Assembly: GCA_964494795.1 (NCBI GenBank)
Contig: CAZBSV010000078.1
Coordinates: 7,713 to 71,712, forward strand
Length of the DNA: 64,000 nt
Source: an uncultured Spirochaetales bacterium
GTDB lineage: Bacteria; Myxococcota_A; UBA9160; SMWR01
Reading direction: 5' to 3'
In this document: positions 44,815 through 55,015 of the stretch, piece after piece
Position numbering within the stretch: the stretch's first letter is position 1
How the letters are laid out: each line of letters opens with the position of its first letter
Translations under genes and position numbers: made by a program
The notes under the pieces: model-generated
Databases searched by the model: none
Told to the model about the DNA's origin: nothing
Seen by the model: only the letters and a program-made list of their open reading frames with translations

Positions 44815-47504
44815 CGGGCGCTGGCCGAGACACGCCGATGATGCGGCAATTCTTGTCCGTCAAGGCCAAGCATCCCGATGCGATCGTCTTCTATCGAATG
44901 GGCGATTTCTACGAAATGTTCCTTTCCGATGCCGAGATTGCAGCGCCCCTGCTCGACATCGCGTTGACGACGCGAGACCGCGGAAAGGAAGACGCGGTTC
45001 CGATGTGCGGAATTCCCGTGCATTCCGCCGATCCGCACATCAAGCGACTCGCCGATCTGGGTTATCGGGTTGCGATCTGCGAACAGGTGGAAGATGCACG
45101 TGCCGCGGCGGGTCGGCGCCTGGTCAGGCGGGAGGTGGTCGAAGTGATCACGCCCGGGCTCGTGGGCAACCCCGAGGGAATCGAGGGCGCGCGCGAGCTA
45201 TGCATCGCCGCGCTCGCTCCGGGGTCGTCCGTAGGTCTCGCGATTCTCGACGCGTCGACGGGCGAATTTCGCAGCACGCAAGCCGATCGCGGAATCGAGA
45301 CCGGCTTGCCGGTCTCGATTCTCGAAGAACTCGTGCGAGTGGATCCGAGGGAGATCCTGCTTCCCAGCGGTGATCCGGCGCTCGACGCGCAGCTGGAAAA
45401 ATTGACGCCGAATGCGGCGCGTACGCGCGTCGCCGTGCAGTCCTATGATCCATCGACGGTCGGCGTCGCGATCGACGGATTCGATTCTTCTCGCGGGGAT
45501 TCCGCGACGAGGGCAGCAGCCGCACTCATCCACTACGTGTCGCAGAATCAGCCGTTCGCGCTTTCGCAGATGAGCCGACTGCGCAACTACCGGCTCGCCG
45601 ACACGATGCTTCTCGATGCGGCAACGCGCGGCCACCTCGAGTTGTTTCGAAACGGCGACGACGGCAGCCGCCATCGGACCCTGATCGCGCGCATCGATGT
45701 TTCGGTGACGCCGCTCGGGGCTCGGCGCCTCGCCCGCTGGCTCGCGTATCCGCTGCTCGACGCGGCAGCGATCGCCGAGCGCCAAGACGCGGTGGCGAGC
45801 CTCGCTGAGCGCGACCGGCTGCGCGCACGGGTACGCGACGCGCTCAAGGCCGTGCGGGATCTGGAGCGTTTGCTCGCCAAAGCCGCTCGGCCGGCTTCGA
45901 CACCGAGAGATCTCGTGGCGTTGCGGAGTTCACTCGAGTCGCTCCCGGGTGTGAGAGTCGCACTCGGCGCGAGCGACGATGACTTCTTGCCGATCGCGAA
46001 TGAGCAGCGCCCCGCGTTTCTCAGCGCACCGGCCTCTCTGTCGGACATCGCGTCGCTGCTCCGCGACGGCCTGGTCGACGATCCGCCGGCCGTCGCGAAG
46101 GGGTCACGGGGTGCCAACGAGACCGGATACATCCGTGAGAACTTTCGCTCGGAGCTCGACGCCCTTCGCGAGGGTGCACGCAAGGGCAAAGACTGGATTG
46201 CTGGCTTCGAAGCGCGCGAACGCGAGCGAACCCAGATCCCGGCGCTCAAGATCCGTTTTCATCCGGTGCACGGCTACGCGATCGAGATCAGCAAGGCGAA
46301 CCTTCCGCGAGTGCCCGCGGATTACGAGCGAAAGCAGACGCTCGCAAACGCCGAGCGATTTTCGACGGCAGAACTTCGCCGCGCCGAAGAGGGCGTTCGA
46401 GGCGATATCGAACAGGCGGCAGCGTTTGAGAGAAAGATCTTCGAAGAACTCCGGCGGGCTGTGCTGGAGCGATCCGCTGAGATCCGCGCGGCGGCGGATG
46501 CGATCGCGACACTGGATGCAGTCGCATCGCTCGCGGAGATCGCGCGGCTCGACGGCTGGGTGAGGCCGCAAGTCGATGCGAGCACGCTGCTCGAGATTCG
46601 AGCCGGGCGCCATCCCGTCATCGAGCCACTCTTGATCTCGCAAGGGAATGCCGAATTCGTTCCGAACGACACTTATCTGGACTCGGCGAGTACACAGATG
46701 TTGGTACTCACGGGACCGAACATGTCGGGGAAGAGCACCTACCTACGCCAGGTCGCGCTGATCGTGTTGCTGGCCCAGATGGGGAGTTTTGTGCCCGCGG
46801 AGAGCGCGCGGATCGGGATTGTCGATCGAGTGTTCACGCGCGTGGGAGCCAGCGATCGGCTGGCTCGCGGCGAATCGACCTTTATGGTCGAGATGCGCGA
46901 GACCGCCGAGATCTTGACTGCGGCCTCACCCCGCAGTCTCGTCATCCTCGACGAAATCGGGCGGGGCACCAGCACCTTCGACGGGCTTTCGATCGCGTGG
47001 GCGGTCGCCGAACATCTGCACGACTCCCCGGGGCTGGGCACGCGGACCCTCTTCGCGACCCATTATCACGAACTGGCCGAACTCGCGCGCACCAAGTCTC
47101 GCGTCGACAACGCTCACTTCGAGGCCCGCGAGTGGGGTGACGACGTGATTTTTCTGCGGCGGCTGATGCCAGGAGCCGCAAGTCGATCCTACGGAATTCA
47201 AGTGGCGCGGTTGGCGGGTCTGCCGGGCACGCTGATCGAGCGAGCGCGAGTCATCTTGGCGAACCTCGAGAGCGGCGAACTGGATGAGCGAGGGCGACCG
47301 CGGATCGCCGGTAGCGGTGCGGCCGGTGATGCGGTCGACGAGCAACCGAGCCTGTTTGATCCGGCGACACCGATCGCCGATCCCGCGCAGCGAGCGGTAC
47401 TCGATCTGCTCGAGCACGCGGATCCCGATCGAACCACGCCTCTCGAGGCTCTCGCACTGGTGTCTCGCGCCGTCTCGTTGCTGCGCGGCGAGGTGAAGTC
47501 TTGA
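44811..47504 (+). CDS. mutS: DNA mismatch repair protein MutS
   Basis: TPMMRQFLSVKAKHPDAIVFYRMGDFYEMF mismatch-binding motif; Walker A GPNMSGKST; DEIGRGTST; C-terminal dimerisation region. Confidence 0.96.
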   Translation: MTGAGRDTPMMRQFLSVKAKHPDAIVFYRMGDFYEMFLSDAEIAAPLLDIALTTRDRGKEDAVPMCGIPVHSADPHIKRLADLGYRVAICEQVEDARAAAGRRLVRREVVEVITPGLVGNPEGIEGARELCIAALAPGSSVGLAILDASTGEFRSTQADRGIETGLPVSILEELVRVDPREILLPSGDPALDAQLEKLTPNAARTRVAVQSYDPSTVGVAIDGFDSSRGDSATRAAAALIHYVSQNQPFALSQMSRLRNYRLADTMLLDAATRGHLELFRNGDDGSRHRTLIARIDVSVTPLGARRLARWLAYPLLDAAAIAERQDAVASLAERDRLRARVRDALKAVRDLERLLAKAARPASTPRDLVALRSSLESLPGVRVALGASDDDFLPIANEQRPAFLSAPASLSDIASLLRDGLVDDPPAVAKGSRGANETGYIRENFRSELDALREGARKGKDWIAGFEARERERTQIPALKIRFHPVHGYAIEISKANLPRVPADYERKQTLANAERFSTAELRRAEEGVRGDIEQAAAFERKIFEELRRAVLERSAEIRAAADAIATLDAVASLAEIARLDGWVRPQVDASTLLEIRAGRHPVIEPLLISQGNAEFVPNDTYLDSASTQMLVLTGPNMSGKSTYLRQVALIVLLAQMGSFVPAESARIGIVDRVFTRVGASDRLARGESTFMVEMRETAEILTAASPRSLVILDEIGRGTSTFDGLSIAWAVAEHLHDSPGLGTRTLFATHYHELAELARTKSRVDNAHFEAREWGDDVIFLRRLMPGAASRSYGIQVARLAGLPGTLIERARVILANLESGELDERGRPRIAGSGAAGDAVDEQPSLFDPATPIADPAQRAVLDLLEHADPDRTTPLEALALVSRAVSLLRGEVKS

Positions 47505-48679
47505 GGCGGCGAGATCTGCTGCTGCTGCTGGCGATGGCGTGGATCGCGCTGGGAGCCAGTCGACCGCGCGGCATGGCGGACGTGTTGGACGTTCGGCACT
47601 GGTCCTATCCGGACTATACGCGCGTTGTCGTGGAGCTCTCGGCGCCGGTCGAGGCCGAGGTTCGGCATCTGGGACCCGATCCCTCGGCGAAGAGATCCGA
47701 GCGCCTCTATCTCGATCTGCCGGGAATCTGGGTGGGCCGGGAATACCCATCGGGCATTCCCGTCGGAGACGGGCTGCTCCGCGCGGTTCGCCTCGGTCAG
47801 AATACCCTGCGCTCGGCGCGGATCGTGATCGATGTCGAGGATTACGAGCAACACCGCCTGCTGTTTCTCACCCACCCGTATCGGCTCGTGCTCGACGTCT
47901 ATGGCACGCGCGGCGCCAATCAGCGCCGAACTCGCCCTGTAGTGCCCGGGATCCAACGTGACGATCGATTGCCGCCGGACGCGCGAAAAGTCCGTACGGT
48001 CATCATCGATCCCGGCCATGGAGGTTCGGACCCCGGCGCGATCGGGGTGGGTGGCCTGCGCGAAAAGGATGTGACGCTGCGGCTGTCGAAGCTGCTGGCG
48101 GAAAAGCTCCGATCGCTCGGTTTTCAGGTCGTCTCCACCCGGGAAGCGGATCACGCGGTGAGTCTCGAGGAACGCACGGCGATCGCCGAGGGATCGGAGG
48201 GCGACGTCTTTGTCTCTCTGCACGCGAACGCAGCGCCGCGCCGCTCCGTGCAGGGAATCGAAACCTATTACCCCGACGCCAACCACGAGCGCCACAGCCT
48301 GCGGGTTGCGATGCGCGAGAACGGAGTCTCGCAGGACCAGCTCGATGAGTTGCAGCGAACTCTCGCGAAGCTGCGAGTCGGCGAGCTGTCACCCTACTCG
48401 CGGCACCTCGCTTCACTCGTTCAGGGCCAGCTCGCGCGCGCGCTCCCGACTCGCTTCGGCAAGGTCCAGGATCTCGGCGCGAAGAAGGGGCCGTTTTACG
48501 TGCTCTTCCTCTCGAACATGCCCGCGATCCTGATTGAAGCGGGATTTCTGACCAATCAAAGCGACGCGAAGCGCTTGCGCGATACCAGCTACCTCGATTC
48601 GGTTGCGACCCAGATCGCGACGAGTCTGGAGCAATATCGCGACGGTGGTGCAAAGCTCGCGCAGCAGAATCAATTATGA
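47501..48679 (+). CDS. N-acetylmuramoyl-L-alanine amidase (AMIN domain plus Amidase_3)
   Basis: N-terminal AMIN-like region (VRHWSYPDYTRVVVEL), VIIDPGHGGSDPGA, SLHANA, and E in FLTN. TTG overlaps the mutS stop. Confidence 0.88.
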   Translation: MRRRDLLLLLAMAWIALGASRPRGMADVLDVRHWSYPDYTRVVVELSAPVEAEVRHLGPDPSAKRSERLYLDLPGIWVGREYPSGIPVGDGLLRAVRLGQNTLRSARIVIDVEDYEQHRLLFLTHPYRLVLDVYGTRGANQRRTRPVVPGIQRDDRLPPDARKVRTVIIDPGHGGSDPGAIGVGGLREKDVTLRLSKLLAEKLRSLGFQVVSTREADHAVSLEERTAIAEGSEGDVFVSLHANAAPRRSVQGIETYYPDANHERHSLRVAMRENGVSQDQLDELQRTLAKLRVGELSPYSRHLASLVQGQLARALPTRFGKVQDLGAKKGPFYVLFLSNMPAILIEAGFLTNQSDAKRLRDTSYLDSVATQIATSLEQYRDGGAKLAQQNQL

Positions 48680-49626
48680 CGCCGAGCGTTGAGGGCGGGT
48701 CGCTCGAAGGCTCCGTCGAGTCGTTCTTGACCTACGCTTCGATCGAGCGCGGTCTGTCGCCGCTCACCATCGAAGCCTACGCGCATGATCTCGAGCGCCT
48801 CGTGGCCTTCCTGAAAGATGCGGGGCTTCGCAGGATCGCTGAGATCCGGCGCGAACACCTGGTGGCGTTCAGCCGGTTTCTCGGCCGGGAAGGCCTTGGC
48901 GCGCGCAGCCGCGCGCGCACGCTGGTGGCGACTCGACGCCTGCTGCGACACCAGGGAGTGGTCGCGGCGAACGGCGGCGACCCGCTGGAGGGCGTGTCGA
49001 GTCCGGGCTTCGAGAAGCCGTTGCCGCGACTGCTCCGGCCGGATGAATCGGTTGCGCTGATCGAGGCGACCGACCCCTCGACGGCAATCGGGTCGCGCGA
49101 TCGCAGCATGCTCGAAGTTCTCTACGGCTCTGGGTTGCGGGTGAGCGAGCTCGTGAATCTTCGGCTCGGATCCGTCGATCGGCGCTCAGGCGTGATGCGG
49201 GTGCTCGGAAAAGGGCGCAAGGAAAGAATGGTTCCGCTCGGTGTTCCCGCACTGAAGGCTCTCGATCTGTACCTCGAGACCGCGCGCCCGGTTCTCGCGA
49301 AGCGATCTGCCGCCGACTGCGACGCCGTCTATCTGACTCGCAGGGGTCGGCAGATGACGCGGCAGAATTTCTTCCTGCGCATCCGGAAGACCGCGCGGGT
49401 CGCGGGCATTCCGGAAGATCGCGTGTCGCCGCACGTGCTGCGTCACGCGTTTGCGACCGACCTGCTCGAGGGCGGTGCAGATCTTCGCGCCGTACAGAGC
49501 ATGCTCGGACATGCCGATCTTGCGACGACCGAAATCTACACGCATGTGAGCCGATCGCGCTTGCGCGACACCGTGGAGAGACGCCACCCACGCGGACGGC
49601 GTTCGCCGAAGGAGCATCGGCCGTGA
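48676..49626 (+). CDS. xerD: Site-specific tyrosine recombinase XerD-like
   Basis: ERGLSPLTIEAYAHDL, GLRVSELV, HVLRHAFATDLLEGGADLRAVQSMLGHADLATTEIYTHV. ATG overlaps the amidase stop. Confidence 0.88.
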   Translation: MTPSVEGGSLEGSVESFLTYASIERGLSPLTIEAYAHDLERLVAFLKDAGLRRIAEIRREHLVAFSRFLGREGLGARSRARTLVATRRLLRHQGVVAANGGDPLEGVSSPGFEKPLPRLLRPDESVALIEATDPSTAIGSRDRSMLEVLYGSGLRVSELVNLRLGSVDRRSGVMRVLGKGRKERMVPLGVPALKALDLYLETARPVLAKRSAADCDAVYLTRRGRQMTRQNFFLRIRKTARVAGIPEDRVSPHVLRHAFATDLLEGGADLRAVQSMLGHADLATTEIYTHVSRSRLRDTVERRHPRGRRSPKEHRP

Positions 49627-50954
49627 AGCTGCCCGGAGCGAGCGAGTTCCGCGGCGCGGTCGATGGCGATGCCGCGACCTTGCTCGGCTGCGTGCTCGAC
49701 GCTGCGGATTCGCTCGGGCTCGCGGTGTTTGCGGTGGGTGGGCCGGTGCGCGATCTGCTGATGGGCAGGGCGCTGCGCGACGTGGACCTCCTCGTGGAAG
49801 CCGGTGACATCGTCGAGTTGGCGACGCGAGCCGCACCACCGGATGCTCGCATCACGCGGCACGATCGCTTTGGAACCGTCGGGCTCCAAGTGGGTTCGGC
49901 TGTCATCGATCTCTCGGGCGCGCGGCGCGAGACGTACGCCCACCCGGGCGCGCTGCCGCGGGTGGAGCCGGGCAGCCTTGAGGACGATCTCGCGCGACGA
50001 GATTTCAGCATCAATGCCTTGGCGCTGCCGCTCTCCCGCCGTGCACAGCGGGATCGCGCGGGCATCGTTGATCTGGCGGATGGCATCACCGATCTCGCCG
50101 AGCGAAAGCTCCGCGTCCTGCATCCGCGAAGTTTTCACGACGATCCGACACGGGTGTTGCGCGCGGCGCGCCTGGGTCCGCGGCTGGATTTGTCGCTGAC
50201 GAGGGGATCTCGCACGGCTCTGCGGGATGCGCTGCGGGATGGCGCGTTCGGCCGCGTCAGCGGCGATCGACTGCGACGGGAGCTGGTCAAGGCCTTCGAC
50301 GATGCATGTCTTGGTCTCGATCCGTCGCGCGTGTTTCGATCGCTATCCGACTGGCACGTACTGGGTGCCTTGGAGCCGGGCCTGGAGCTCGCACGCGAGA
50401 CGGTTGCGCCGCTTCGTCGCCTCGGTCGCGCGATCGCTGCGCCGCCGTGGCGATCGACCCGCTGGCACAGCTGGGTTTCTGGCATGAGCATCTGGTTGGC
50501 TCCGAGTTCTCCCGCGCTGCGCCGTCGCGCGCTCAAGCGCTTTTCGGTTCGCGGCGGCGACGCTCAGGCGATCAGCCATTTTCCGCAGGCGAGCGAGGCT
50601 TGGATGAAGGCGCTACTTCGCGCCCGCGGTCGCGGCGCGATCGACGCGGTGCTGGCGCCGCTGAACGAGGAGGAGCTGCATGCCGCCTATGCGCTGGCGG
50701 CGCCCAGAGCGCGCCGCTGCATCGCGCGCTTTGCGCTCGAGGACCGCACGCGCCGCGCCCCCGTCGACGGCGCGGATCTGCTCGAACTCGGACTCGAGGG
50801 TCCGGCGCTAGGGAGGGTGCTCAACCGCGTGCGCATCGCCTATCTCGACGGTGCGCTGCGCGATCGGGACGAGGCGATCGCATTGGCGCGCGAATTGGCA
50901 CGGACCCCAAGCGCCGCCAAGGCCCGTTCCGCCGCGAAAACGCTCGGGCGCTGA
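49623..50954 (+). CDS. CCA-adding enzyme / poly(A) polymerase family nucleotidyltransferase
   Basis: Head-domain motifs VGGPVRDLLMG and DVDLLV, and RRDFSINAL. GTG overlaps the xerD stop. Confidence 0.82.
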   Translation: MKLPGASEFRGAVDGDAATLLGCVLDAADSLGLAVFAVGGPVRDLLMGRALRDVDLLVEAGDIVELATRAAPPDARITRHDRFGTVGLQVGSAVIDLSGARRETYAHPGALPRVEPGSLEDDLARRDFSINALALPLSRRAQRDRAGIVDLADGITDLAERKLRVLHPRSFHDDPTRVLRAARLGPRLDLSLTRGSRTALRDALRDGAFGRVSGDRLRRELVKAFDDACLGLDPSRVFRSLSDWHVLGALEPGLELARETVAPLRRLGRAIAAPPWRSTRWHSWVSGMSIWLAPSSPALRRRALKRFSVRGGDAQAISHFPQASEAWMKALLRARGRGAIDAVLAPLNEEELHAAYALAAPRARRCIARFALEDRTRRAPVDGADLLELGLEGPALGRVLNRVRIAYLDGALRDRDEAIALARELARTPSAAKARSAAKTLGR

Positions 50955-51033
50955 TGCTTGCCGGCGCAAATCAGATCGCGCATACTCGCGCGAACTCCTC
51001 TTCCTCCAGCAGGACGCCTCTTCTGGGGTCGCC

Positions 51034-51873
51034 GTGACCATCACCGGTCCCGTGTCCGATGCCGCAGCGCTCGCCAGCGAGCCGTTTGCGCCGTACTCCG
51101 TTCGCCTCCCAGTCTTCGAGGGTCCGCTCGATCTGCTGCTTCATCTGATTCGACTCAACGAGGTCGAGATCACCGACATTCCGATCGCGCGCATCGGCGA
51201 GCAGTACGTCGAGTACCTGACGCTGATGCGCGAGCTCGATCTCGAAGTCGTCGGCGAGTACCTCGTGCTGGCTTCGACCCTGGCCTGGATCAAGTCGCGG
51301 ATGCTGCTCCCCGCTGAGCGCGTTGGCGAGGATGGCGAGGAGATCGACCCGCGCGCGGAGCTCGTCGCGCGCTTGCTCGAATACCAGCGATTCAAGGAAG
51401 TGGCGGCCGCACTCGGTGAGCGCAAGCGCCTGGGGCGCGACGTGTTCGCGGTGAGTGTTCCCGATCTGGAGGTGCCCGCCGAATCCGAGCGTGAGATCGA
51501 GGTCGGAATTTTCGACCTCGTCGAAGCGTATCGGCGCGTTCTCGAGGCCAAACGCGACGTCGAATCGAAACCGCACGAGATCGAAGCGGAGTCGATGACG
51601 ATTCGCGATCGCATGATCGAAGTCATGGCGGCACTCGAGTCCGTTCCGACGATCGACTTCGAACGGCTGCTTCGCGAGGCGCCGGGGCGCGCGTATTGCA
51701 AGGCGCTCATGGTTGCGACATTTCTCGCGATTCTCGAACTCACGCGCCTCGCCGCGATTCGGATCTACCAGGGGATCAACGAGTCCGGGATGCCCGAAGG
51801 ACCGATCCACCTGCGTCGTGCGGTCGAGCCGGGTGATGTGAAGTGGATGGAACAAATCGCAGAATTGATGTGA
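51034..51873 (+). CDS. scpA: Segregation and condensation protein A
   Basis: LPVFEGPLDLLLHLIRLNEVEITDIPIARI...LAILELTR is the ScpA signature. The only plausible in-frame start is GTG 51034 within track ORF 50851..51873. Confidence 0.85.
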   Translation: MTITGPVSDAAALASEPFAPYSVRLPVFEGPLDLLLHLIRLNEVEITDIPIARIGEQYVEYLTLMRELDLEVVGEYLVLASTLAWIKSRMLLPAERVGEDGEEIDPRAELVARLLEYQRFKEVAAALGERKRLGRDVFAVSVPDLEVPAESEREIEVGIFDLVEAYRRVLEAKRDVESKPHEIEAESMTIRDRMIEVMAALESVPTIDFERLLREAPGRAYCKALMVATFLAILELTRLAAIRIYQGINESGMPEGPIHLRRAVEPGDVKWMEQIAELM

Positions 51874-51883
51874 CGAGGATTTC

Positions 51884-52546
51884 ATGGGCGAGACCGAACA
51901 GCGCAGCATCGCCGAAGCACTGATCTTGGCGTCCCCGGAACCGATTCCGGTCGCGCGCCTCGCAAAACTCATCCCCAGCTGTACGCCCGCCAAGGCGCGC
52001 AATCTGGTCGACGAACTGAACGCCGAATACGCCGCCCAGAAGCGCGCGTTCGAGATCTGCGAGGTGGGCGGCGGTTACCAGCTGCGCACGCACTCCGAAT
52101 TCGCCGCGTATCTCCAGCAGCTCGGCAGCACGCGACCGCTGCGGCTGTCGAATGCGGCGCTCGAGACGCTGGCGATCGTCGCGTACCGCCAGCCCGTGAC
52201 GCGCGCGGAGATCGAGAACGTTCGCGGTGTGGACGCGGGACCGGTGCTGCGCAGTCTGCTCGAACGCAAACTCGTCAAGATGGCGGGCCACCGGGAGGTT
52301 CCGGGACGCCCGATGCTCTACGTGACCAGCAAGCGCTTCCTGGAAGTCTTTGGGCTGGCCCAACTCGAAGATCTTCCGACGCTGCGAGAGCTCGAGGCAC
52401 TCGAGCCCCGTGTGCTCGAGGCGGCTGACGTTTCGGAGACCGATGACGTCGACGCTTTCGAATCCGAGATCGGCGCCGATCTGGAGACCGCGTCCGACGA
52501 CGAGGTTTCGCTCGAAGACGTCGAGATCCTGGGCAAACCGAACTAG
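51884..52546 (+). CDS. scpB: Segregation and condensation protein B
   Basis: EALILASPEPI, GGGYQLRT, ETLAIVAYRQPVTRAEIE..RGV, TSKRFLEVFGL. Confidence 0.92.
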   Translation: MGETEQRSIAEALILASPEPIPVARLAKLIPSCTPAKARNLVDELNAEYAAQKRAFEICEVGGGYQLRTHSEFAAYLQQLGSTRPLRLSNAALETLAIVAYRQPVTRAEIENVRGVDAGPVLRSLLERKLVKMAGHREVPGRPMLYVTSKRFLEVFGLAQLEDLPTLRELEALEPRVLEAADVSETDDVDAFESEIGADLETASDDEVSLEDVEILGKPN

Positions 52547-52570
52547 GCGAGCCGCGCCCGGAGGTCGGTC

Positions 52571-53314
52571 GTGACTCGATCCCGGCCCACCGCAGAGCGT
52601 CTGCAGAAGATCCTCGCAGCGGCGGGTATTGCATCGCGCCGCGCGGCCGAGGATCTGATCCGTGCGGGTCGCGTCACCGTCAACGGTGCCGTCGCGACGC
52701 TGGGCGCGTCCGCGGACCCGGAGCGCGACGAGCTCGCCGTCGACGGCGCGCCGATTCGACGCGAGGCGTTCGAATACTGGATGGTCCACAAACCGCGAGG
52801 CGTCTTGACGACGGTTTCGGATCCGCGCGGCCGCTCGACAGTGGTGGATCTGGTTCGGGGATCGAAGGTCCGCCTGTATCCGGTCGGGCGCCTGGATTTG
52901 TTGAGCGAGGGATTGGTTTTGCTCAGCAACGACGGCCCACTCACCCACGCGCTGTTGCACCCCTCGTTTGGTCAAGAGCGCGAATATCGCGTCAGCGTTC
53001 GTGGGTCGCTGGATCGACCGACGTTGCAGCGCATTCGCGACGGCATCGAACTCGAGGACGGACTGACGGCGCCCGCGCGAGCGAGCGCCGCGCGTTACGA
53101 TCCGAAGACCCGAGCGACCGAATTCACGCTGATTCTCGTCGAGGGCAAGAAGCGACAGATCCGCCGGATGATGCGCGCGCTAGGACATCCCGTGCTTCGC
53201 CTCGTTCGCGTGCGGATGGGGCCGATCGAACTCGGCGCGCTCGCGCCCGGCGAAGCCCGCCCGCTTCGGCCGCGCGAACTCCGCGCGCTGCACGCCCGAA
53301 AAACCCGAAACTGA
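52571..53314 (+). CDS. rluB: rRNA pseudouridine synthase (RsuA/RluB family, S4 domain)
   Basis: RLQKILAAAGIASRR (S4), YPVGRLDLLSEGLVLL (catalytic Asp), KKRQIRRM. Confidence 0.9.
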   Translation: MTRSRPTAERLQKILAAAGIASRRAAEDLIRAGRVTVNGAVATLGASADPERDELAVDGAPIRREAFEYWMVHKPRGVLTTVSDPRGRSTVVDLVRGSKVRLYPVGRLDLLSEGLVLLSNDGPLTHALLHPSFGQEREYRVSVRGSLDRPTLQRIRDGIELEDGLTAPARASAARYDPKTRATEFTLILVEGKKRQIRRMMRALGHPVLRLVRVRMGPIELGALAPGEARPLRPRELRALHARKTRN

Positions 53315-53463
53315 CCCACTGAGAATTCGATCCGGCCGACCTCGCGATCCACCCCGGTCCGTCCGGGCGCGGCAGCTCGGCGGCAATTGGGTCGGGCAAC
53401 CAGGTGTGGCAGAGGGAGTTTGCGCAGGTCTCGAAATGTGATCGAGAACATGCATCTATCTTA

Positions 53464-53493
53464 TTGATTTTGAATCGATTTTCAGTCTAGAAT
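53464..53493 (+). promoter_or_regulatory. Sigma70-like promoter candidate (TTGATT-N18-TAGAAT)
   Basis: Seen in an AT-rich patch. The -10 overlaps the first ATG of track ORF 53492, implying that the downstream gene really starts at a later Met (e.g. 53516). Confidence 0.3.
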
Positions 53494-54406
53494 GGGCATG
53501 GATTCTGACTCTGGAATGCACCCGATGATGATTGCTGCTGCGCTGATTCGCCGCTCTCTCGGACGCGCTCTCATGCTCGCCGCCGGCTGTTTGTGCGCGG
53601 GCGCTGCGGCGTTTGCGAGCGTCAGCGGCATCTGCCCCGATGGCAGCATGTTCATCGTGCAGCGACCGGAGTCCGTGCCGTGTCGAGACGCCAAGGCGGT
53701 CGATCCGATGGACGTGCCGCCGATGAAACCCGAGTATCTCCCTCGCCCCTACGGCTGGGAGGTCTTTCACCGCCGCAACGATCCCAACAATCCCTACAAC
53801 TTGATTCCGGAGCCGCCGCCGGCGCCGATCGAGCAAGGCCAGGAAGATTGGAATGCGCCGCAGCCTTCCGGCGAAGCGTCGGTGACGGAAACGCGGGTGC
53901 CCGAGCGCACGGCTTTCCAGAGCGGCTCGACTCCGCTGGCTCCCGCCGCGAAGCCGGCGGACCAGCCCGGCCTCGAGCTGGCGGATCGCGAGATCGAAGA
54001 CCTCGCGATGATCGTCGAACTCTCGCAGCGCAGGGCGCCGGTCTCGTTCGAAGAAGACGCGCAGGGCCGGCTGCAACTCGCGCGGTCGCTCGCCTTCGAG
54101 TCGAGGATGCGCGAGCACCTGGCGGGCCGTGGACAGACGAGCCCGGGGCCCGTCGTGCTGTTTGCCGAAGACGCGGACGCCGAGGGCGCGTTCTACGAAA
54201 ATCTCACGTTCGTGCAGGACGGCATGGCGTTTCATCCGAGCAGCGACAACCCGTTCGAGCTCGGTGTGATCCGAGGGCGGCTGGGTGCGCTCGCTAGCGG
54301 CGCGGATGTACTCGGCTACGTGATCTTGCCCGAGCGCCTGGATCCTGCGCGCCCGGTCGACATCTACTGGAACGACCGACAGCTGACGGCCACCTTTCAG
54401 CCCTGA
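53492..54406 (+). CDS. Hypothetical exported protein
   Basis: Signal-peptide-like MMIAAALIRRSLGRALMLAAGCLCAGAAAFA, a Pro-rich linker, and coding-type composition. No recognisable family. Start uncertain (several Met codons at 53492-53525). Confidence 0.55.
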   Translation: MGMDSDSGMHPMMIAAALIRRSLGRALMLAAGCLCAGAAAFASVSGICPDGSMFIVQRPESVPCRDAKAVDPMDVPPMKPEYLPRPYGWEVFHRRNDPNNPYNLIPEPPPAPIEQGQEDWNAPQPSGEASVTETRVPERTAFQSGSTPLAPAAKPADQPGLELADREIEDLAMIVELSQRRAPVSFEEDAQGRLQLARSLAFESRMREHLAGRGQTSPGPVVLFAEDADAEGAFYENLTFVQDGMAFHPSSDNPFELGVIRGRLGALASGADVLGYVILPERLDPARPVDIYWNDRQLTATFQP

Positions 54407-54502
54407 GCGATCGCCCTTCGGAATCGCGCAACGGGTTCGCGCAGCAGGTTCGCGCGGCGGAACGGCGCTTCGAATGCCGAGTTCGTTCTGGGCGGGCTCG
54501 CA

Positions 54503-55012
54503 TCAACGCGGTACGAGAATGTAGATCTGGGTGTAGATCAAGCTGCCGTCCGCGCCGCGCGCAACTCCGATTCCCGTGAAGTTGAACGCGGGGGCGAGCA
54601 GATTGCTGCGATGATCCGGCGACTGCAGCCAGCTTCTGACGATCCGATCGGTTGGGTTCGATTCGCTGGTCTTGCCTAGATTTTCCGCCGCCAGGCGCAT
54701 GTCGCCAACTTCGTGTTGCGAGAGTCGATCCACCGGATTGGCGCCCTCGGGCGAGTGGTGACTGAAATACCCCCGCCGCGCCATGTCGAGGCTGTGCGCG
54801 AGCGCAACCCGGTCGAGATCGTCGCGTCGTTTCAGCGCAATCAGATGCTTGTCCGCGCGAACCCGGTTCACTTGTGCGTGCAACTCGGCCTCGAGCGATG
54901 ACGCATCTGCGGACTCCGCGCCGCTTGCGACCCGCACGACGAGAGGGGAGAGAGCCAGGGCGATCCAGATGCCGAGCAAGAAGCCGATGGCCTGCGCGAG
55001 CGTCCGGGGCAT
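54503..55012 (-). CDS. CAP/SCP (PR-1-like) domain protein, exported
   Basis: YFSHHSPEG, AENLG, WLQSPDHRSNLL..FNFTGIGV are CAP-domain motifs. N-terminal signal/TM. Confidence 0.82.
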   Translation of the reverse strand: MPRTLAQAIGFLLGIWIALALSPLVVRVASGAESADASSLEAELHAQVNRVRADKHLIALKRRDDLDRVALAHSLDMARRGYFSHHSPEGANPVDRLSQHEVGDMRLAAENLGKTSESNPTDRIVRSWLQSPDHRSNLLAPAFNFTGIGVARGADGSLIYTQIYILVPR

Positions 55013-55015
55013 GGG

